Source: Basidiobolus meristosporus CBS 931.73
Lineage: Eukaryota; Fungi; Basidiobolomycota
Direction: 5' to 3'
Length of the DNA: 64,000 nt
Assembly (NCBI GenBank): GCA_002104905.1
Contig: MCFE01000301.1
Span: 1-64,000, forward strand
Made by a program: the position numbers and the translations under genes. This document shows, piece by piece, positions 62,842-64,000 of the stretch (position 1 is the stretch's first letter; every line of letters begins with the position of its first letter). The notes beneath the pieces were generated by a model. The model was given only the letters and a program-made list of their open reading frames with translations. It was not told the origin of the DNA and ran no database searches.

Positions 62842-64000
62842 TTATGCGCCCTCTTCTGATGGCCCAATATGGAGCAAAGAATGGAATGCTATAGGAAGAT
62901 GGGTGTCAACGTGGGTGAATGAAATGGGCATCGGGGTAGTACTTACGTTGTCGACAAATTGGGCATTTGCTGCTCTGACATCTCAAAACCTCCGCGCATT
63001 CCTTGCACAAGCACATGTGTCGACATGGCAGGACCGTAGTGTCGCGGGGGTCCGACATACAGATGACACATTCGCGGGCGGAGTTGCTTTCGTTTGTATC
63101 CGAAGTGTCTGGATGCGGTGAAGATTCTGAATACCCGTATATTTCTTGTAGGATAAAGGAGGCACCGTTCATCTAGTGCATTCAAGGGTAGTTAGTTTCA
63201 AGAAGAAAAGGGTTCAGTTTATGGAGTACCTTGATCTTCTGTTTGAGTGGCTGGGTATCGTATACTCCACTGCTATTTACTGTCAACGTTGCAAATGTCG
63301 ACAGTACATCAGGGACTGTGTCTGGATAAGGTGGGTTGGTTGGATTGTTTGATACCACAGCGTTGGCTAGAGATACGTACCATCGGAAGTAACCGCTTCT
63401 AAAACAATTATCAGGGGATAGTACTCGCTACTCTGGCTGGCGGAACTAGCCCCGTCTTCAATGACGATGCTATCCAGGACTGGCTCTTTGATTTCCACTT
63501 CGACGTCGCTCTCACTGCCTTGGTGGCTCTCTGGTTTCGGTGAATCCATATTTTTTGGTGTATTCATAACCAGATCATCCGGTTGAAACTTGGTAACATT
63601 CAGCAATTGATCACTAGGCAAAGAGAAGTTTTGATTCAATCCTTTGGGGAACTCGTATGTCTGAAGGGTTTGTGACGGGTATTTGAGATGATAGCTATGG
63701 TGCAAGATGTGAGTGAACAGTCGACCTCCTGAACTTCCAAGAGTGACTATTTACCGAACACTGGCTTCCCCGTCCTCCCAAATTTCTTTAGCGCACCAAT
63801 AGAGCTTAATTCTGCAAGGATACAAAGAATCAAACTTGAATTGAAGACTATATCTAATTCCAGTTACTCCATTCTCGTCTTGGAGATCTGTTTGAATAAG
63901 CTTCATGCTAGAGAGAAGGAGATTCACGCTTGCGTGAAATACTGTGCAGGAGGTCTTGATATGGTGAGTTTAGTACGAGTAATTCAGTATAGCACCTATG
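62842..64000 (-). CDS. MGRN1: MGRN1/RNF157/LOG2-family RING E3 ligase (5' part outside window)
   Basis: YSLQFKFDSLYPCRIKLYW, YPLIIVLE, YILQEIYG-type motif (FILQEIYG), and ECVICMSDPRDTTVLPCRHMCLCKECAEVLRCQSSKCPICRQ/PFHSLLHI. Confidence 0.92.

Overview
This is a gene-dense eukaryotic window with short (mostly 50-90 nt) GT-AG introns. The gene content suggests an intron-rich early-diverging, non-Dikarya fungus, which is an inference and not a database result. The first ~1.8 kb is a CpG-depleted nest of LTR-retrotransposon remnants: a copia RNase H end plus its 3' LTR, interrupted by a related LTR element in the opposite orientation. Two orphan secreted-protein genes and an unannotated 8-exon gene follow. 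The rest holds about 30 mostly housekeeping genes: POL3, TBCC, RPD3, PITHD1, cyclin B, eIF6, MIC19, calreticulin, MetRS, VMA2, Rap1, SYF1, RPN10, a PDK-like kinase, an RNAi RdRP and an MGRN1-like ligase. The stand-out is a ~570-aa protein of eight tandem homeodomains, five of which are split by a phase-0 intron at the identical helix-3 position, ending in a short coiled coil. Other notable items are a compact BRCA1/BARD1-type RING-BRCT2 gene, a centriolar FOR20/CEP20 orthologue, a protein with a novel ISxWH...HRxGxNYKP repeat, and a probably GPI-anchored trypsin. Three single-base frame disruptions in short homopolymers may be assembly errors. All exon models were read by eye.
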